Notes under the pieces: generated by a model | Told to the model about the DNA's origin: nothing | Databases searched by the model: none | Seen by the model: the letters and a program-made list of their open reading frames with translations, nothing else | Virus record (IMG/VR): IMGVR_UViG_3300006919_000333 | Coordinates: 1 to 27,633 of that record | Direction: 5' to 3' (one strand) | DNA from: a virus | Lineage: Duplodnaviria > Caudoviricetes | Length of the DNA: 27,633 nucleotides | Shown: piece by piece, positions 24,264 through 27,633 of the stretch | How positions within the stretch are numbered: position 1 is the stretch's first letter | How the letters are laid out: every line of letters starts with the position of its first letter | Made by a program: the position numbers and the translations under genes

Positions 24264-24465
24264 TCATAGAAACTTAGTAGAAGATAGAGTATCTGAATGG
24301 ATTATGGATATGCATGATCCACGAATGGATGGATTTGTGGGATTTGATCGAAAGAAATTACTTTATAGATTACAATCTATAGTAAATAAAGGATTAAAAG
24401 AAGCGCCTCACTATGTTGGGGAAGACGAGTGGCTCGAAGAGAATAAATATGAACTTGCTAACTGA
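24253..24465 (+). CDS. Hypothetical protein between nrdA and nrdB
   Basis: Track ORF 24232..24465; GTG 24253 after AAGGA is the likely start; overlaps both nrd genes. Confidence 0.65.
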   Translation: MKVNHRNLVEDRVSEWIMDMHDPRMDGFVGFDRKKLLYRLQSIVNKGLKEAPHYVGEDEWLEENKYELAN

Positions 24466-25408
24466 AAGAGATTATTATAAGCCTTTTAATTACCCTTGGG
24501 CATTTAAACATTATAAGACACAACAACATATGCACTGGTTGCCTGATGAAGTAAACCTTGCAGATGACTTAAAAGATTATCGTGAAAAACTTACCCCAGA
24601 AAATCGTAGACTTATTAATCAAATTTTTAGATTTTTTACACAGGCAGATGTAGATGTTTGTTGTGGGTATGCAAAACACTACTTGCCTACATTTAAACAG
24701 CCTGAAATACGAATGATGCTTTCTGCTTTTGCCGCAATGGAAGCAGTACATCAAGAAGCATATTCATTATTACTAGAAACTCTAGGATTTGGGGACGATG
24801 AATATCAGAAGTTTTTTGAACATAAAGAAATGCTTGATAAACATGAGCATTTATCTAATTTTGGTATGGATACTAAAATGGATATTGCAAAGACTATGGC
24901 AATTTACTCAGGATTTACAGAGGGAGTGCAGCTTTTTAGTAGTTTTGCAATCTTACTAAATTTTCCTCGTCATAATTTAATGAAAGGAATGGGGCAAATT
25001 GTTACTTGGTCAATTCGAGACGAAACACTACATGTAGAGGGTATGTCTCAACTATTCCGAACTTTTATTCAAGAGAATCCCGAATTATGGAATGATGATC
25101 TTAAATATCAAGTGTACTGTGCAGCGGAAAGAACAGTAGAGCTAGAAGATGCTTTTATTGATCTTTGTTTTGAGAATGCTACAGTGCCCGATCTGACACC
25201 AGAAGAAGTAAAAGAGTATATTCGATATATCGCGGATAGAAGACTATTAGGTCTTGGTATGAAAAAGATTTTTGGAAGTGAAGAAAATCCTTTACCATGG
25301 CTTGACTATATGCTTAATGCTGTAGAGCATACAAATTTCTTTGAGAATCGAGCTACAGAGTATGCGAGGGCTAGTACGACGGGTAACTGGCAGGATATTT
25401 TTAAGTAA
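24449..25408 (+). CDS. nrdB: Class I ribonucleotide reductase beta subunit
   Basis: HWLPDE, FFTQAD, EAVHQEAY (radical Tyr present), TEGV.LFSSF, RDETLH and NFFENRATEY. Start moved to ATG 24449. Confidence 0.96.
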   Translation: MNLLTERDYYKPFNYPWAFKHYKTQQHMHWLPDEVNLADDLKDYREKLTPENRRLINQIFRFFTQADVDVCCGYAKHYLPTFKQPEIRMMLSAFAAMEAVHQEAYSLLLETLGFGDDEYQKFFEHKEMLDKHEHLSNFGMDTKMDIAKTMAIYSGFTEGVQLFSSFAILLNFPRHNLMKGMGQIVTWSIRDETLHVEGMSQLFRTFIQENPELWNDDLKYQVYCAAERTVELEDAFIDLCFENATVPDLTPEEVKEYIRYIADRRLLGLGMKKIFGSEENPLPWLDYMLNAVEHTNFFENRATEYARASTTGNWQDIFK

Positions 25409-25550
25409 ATCCTATATCGTGAGTTAATTCTTGTGTAGATAAAGTAGACTGTACTGCATCTATTGTAATAGGTGCAGTTACAGTCTGGTTTGATAATACT
25501 GCTGAAACTATAGTTTCAGAAACCACAGCTTCTAGTTCTAGAAGTATCAT
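25401..25550 (-). CDS. Small hypothetical protein (49 aa), not in ORF track
   Basis: MILLELEAVVSETIVSAVLSNQTVTAPITIDAVQSTLSTQELTHDIGFT*; ATGA coupling to 25547..25744; its stop overlaps the nrdB 3' end. Confidence 0.65.
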   Translation of the reverse strand: MILLELEAVVSETIVSAVLSNQTVTAPITIDAVQSTLSTQELTHDIGFT

Positions 25551-25744
25551 TGCTCAATACTTGCACTAACAGCCGTCAACTGCTGTATTGAGGTATCTGT
25601 TGTTATTTCTTGTATTGTATTACTATAGTTTAGAAGTTGAATAGGTTCTTCTATAGTAAGGGTTTGTTGTATATAACGAATTTCATCGCCAGTCCCCCCT
25701 CTATACCCCATAGTAGCAATAGCTAAGCGACTTCTATAACTCAT
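25547..25744 (-). CDS. Hypothetical protein (65 aa), late-operon side
   Basis: AAGGAGAG upstream; ATGA overlaps at both ends. Confidence 0.75.
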   Translation of the reverse strand: MSYRSRLAIATMGYRGGTGDEIRYIQQTLTIEEPIQLLNYSNTIQEITTDTSIQQLTAVSASIEQ

Positions 25745-26487
25745 GGTAGCTCTCTCCTTAATGCAGTAGTATTAACATTAGGTTGATTAATTCCTATAGT
25801 AATTCCTCCAAAAGAAATACCCGTATCTGTAATATCTACCTGAGCATCTCTGTCTAACCCTGCAAGTTGCCACAATTCTATAATTTTTGCTACTATTGCT
25901 ATTTGAGTGGAGGCTACATTAGTATTTGTATCTACCAGAGCCTTCCCAAAAGTGCCTGTAGTGTTATGGTCCGCAGTATTCTTATCCCAAACAGCAGAAG
26001 CCACTGTATCAGCACTAGGGGCCGCATCTGTAGTAAGACTACGAGTTGCATAATCCCATATCTCTGAAACTTCGGCTCCTACATTGGTTTTTACAATATT
26101 TACAATATTTGTAACTTGGACGGGATTTTGCAAAACTCCAGAATAGTTAAAATAAGCAGAATTATAATCATCACTAAAAAGAGTACCGGTAACTTTAACT
26201 TTTGATAAGTCAATGTACAACTTCCAGCCATTAGTTAAGAAATAAATATCTCCTGCCTGTTGGCCATCTACCGTAGGGTCTCCTCCAATAGAACGAATTG
26301 CTGAACTATATTGCCCATTATAATAATTTTCTAACTTTACCCACTCTTTCCACTCTGAATAAACATCTTCTTTAATTTTTAATTCAGTAACATGTTCATT
26401 AACATAAATTATTTTATTAGGACCATCAAAAGTAGTTTTAGAATAAAGTCTCCAATATTCGTAATTATTATAAAAAGTTGCTAACAT
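25741..26487 (-). CDS. Putative virion/tail-associated protein
   Basis: TFDGPNK..VYSEWKEW..IGGDPT..YFLTNGWK N-terminal domain; IWD/VWD motifs; location in the - strand operon. Function is inferred. Confidence 0.6.
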   Translation of the reverse strand: MLATFYNNYEYWRLYSKTTFDGPNKIIYVNEHVTELKIKEDVYSEWKEWVKLENYYNGQYSSAIRSIGGDPTVDGQQAGDIYFLTNGWKLYIDLSKVKVTGTLFSDDYNSAYFNYSGVLQNPVQVTNIVNIVKTNVGAEVSEIWDYATRSLTTDAAPSADTVASAVWDKNTADHNTTGTFGKALVDTNTNVASTQIAIVAKIIELWQLAGLDRDAQVDITDTGISFGGITIGINQPNVNTTALRRELP

Positions 26488-26488
26488 T

Positions 26489-27633
26489 TTACTGCAACCT
26501 TTCTTTCCAGTGCAGAGACATTTTTAGATTATGAGTTTCTCCAGAGCCTCTTGTAATAGATCCTTTCAACGGTCTCCACATAAATGTCCAAGCAGGAGAA
26601 GCTGGAGGAGTTCCTTTAATCTTCCCTATTCCAAGAACTTCATCTTGAATCGTAGCACTAGAAGTATCAAAATTGGCAATTTGCTCTGTACCTGTTACCC
26701 ACCCGCTTCCAGTTTCCGCAAGAATATGAGTGTAGTAATCTTTCGGATAGCTTGTGGTTGTACCAATCGAAGAAAGAGTTCTTACTGCATGAGAAGTCGC
26801 AGTTCCGCTAGTTTCTGCAGAAGCATTTCCCGTTGCTGAGTACGTGAACGTATCTGCACCTGTAGAAGTAACAGAATAAGCTTTTGTAATTGTATAAGTT
26901 CCTGTAGCCTCATTATCTACCGTAGTGGTTAAAGTAATTTGACTATCTGAATCTACGGTAGAGATTTCGAAATATTCTTCTCCGATTTGAATAAATTCAC
27001 CTGGAGAAAAATCACTTAAAAGAGTTGATACTGGATTAGAAGCGTCATGAGTAATAACTGCACTGCCGTTTGTAACCTGCATTCCACCTTGAGATTCTGA
27101 GTTATAGTTTGTAGTACCGGAAATAGTTGTATATTCCCCAGTTAAAAAACCATGCCTAGTAGAAGTTACCGTAACAGTTCCGGTTCCAATAATATTTGAG
27201 ATGCTTCTATCTCTATGAAAAGAAACGGAAGTAGTAGTAGTTCCTGCATCAATTGTAGAAGACGAGCGAGCACGTAATCTTACTGAAGTTCCTGATGAAA
27301 CTGTTTGGACTTCTGCCGATTGACCTGCTGCATCTCCATTCAAAAATTCTACGTCGTCCCCCTCATCTACACCTACTGCGGAACCTACTGTAAGAGTTCT
27401 TACTAATCGATCATCGTTTAAGTCTGCTAAATTTGCGTAAATTAAGGCTTCATCACCATTTCTCAATTTTAGGTAATAAGATTGATTATGAATAGAAGTT
27501 TCTGCAAATTCGTCGTTGAAAGTAACTAGTCCTTTATCTTCAAAAAAGTGTTTCTTTTCTCCGAGAAGAGGACTTCTTCCAATCCACAGACGAACTCGAT
27601 TACCTGAAGGAGTAGAGTAAGTATTTTCAAGTC
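26489..27633 (-). CDS. Partial CDS (3' end): T/S/G-rich beta-structured virion/tail fibre-like protein
   Basis: The frame stays open beyond the 27466 track start to the window edge (...LENTYSTPSGNRVRLWIGRSPLLGEKKHFFEDKGLVTFNDEFAETSIHNQSYYLKLRNGDE...). Confidence 0.75.
   Translation of the reverse strand, partial: LENTYSTPSGNRVRLWIGRSPLLGEKKHFFEDKGLVTFNDEFAETSIHNQSYYLKLRNGDEALIYANLADLNDDRLVRTLTVGSAVGVDEGDDVEFLNGDAAGQSAEVQTVSSGTSVRLRARSSSTIDAGTTTTSVSFHRDRSISNIIGTGTVTVTSTRHGFLTGEYTTISGTTNYNSESQGGMQVTNGSAVITHDASNPVSTLLSDFSPGEFIQIGEEYFEISTVDSDSQITLTTTVDNEATGTYTITKAYSVTSTGADTFTYSATGNASAETSGTATSHAVRTLSSIGTTTSYPKDYYTHILAETGSGWVTGTEQIANFDTSSATIQDEVLGIGKIKGTPPASPAWTFMWRPLKGSITRGSGETHNLKMSLHWKERLQ

Noticed and set aside
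1-27633. Inteins, introns, homing endonucleases, tRNAs, CRISPR arrays, stop-codon recoding
   Set aside because: Pol, helicase, primase and NrdA/B are contiguous and of compact size. No cloverleaf or repeat-spacer pattern was seen by eye, and TAA, TAG and TGA all end genes normally.

Overview
Lytic dsDNA phage DNA, AT-rich and almost fully coding, with T5-like (Demerecviridae-like) gene order. The + strand (1-25408) carries the early/replication module: a string of small accessory genes (Prx5 peroxiredoxin, MazG-like pyrophosphatase, pyrimidine-dimer glycosylase-like gene, ThyX), then the T5-type backbone D2, D3, WYL-like, PC4-like, split NAD+ ligase A/B, D5, DnaB-like helicase, primase, family A polymerase, D10 helicase, D11, D12/D13 (SbcD/SbcC), D14, D15, then class I NrdA/NrdB. 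PhoH, a lysyl-hydroxylase-like 2OG-Fe(II) oxygenase, an O-methyltransferase and several tiny genes are slotted into this backbone. Six near-perfect sigma70 promoters share an extended upstream motif. The - strand (25401-end) holds the distal end of a converging, probably structural, operon. The gene content suggests an aquatic/marine phage (inference). No tRNA, CRISPR, intein, intron or mobile element was seen. The best leads are regulatory (a Shine-Dalgarno-sequestering RNA switch, twin ligase leaders, two D3 starts, a leaderless gene, an 8-codon coupling minigene) plus the two modification enzymes in the recombination operon. All family calls come from motif recognition by eye; no searches were run.
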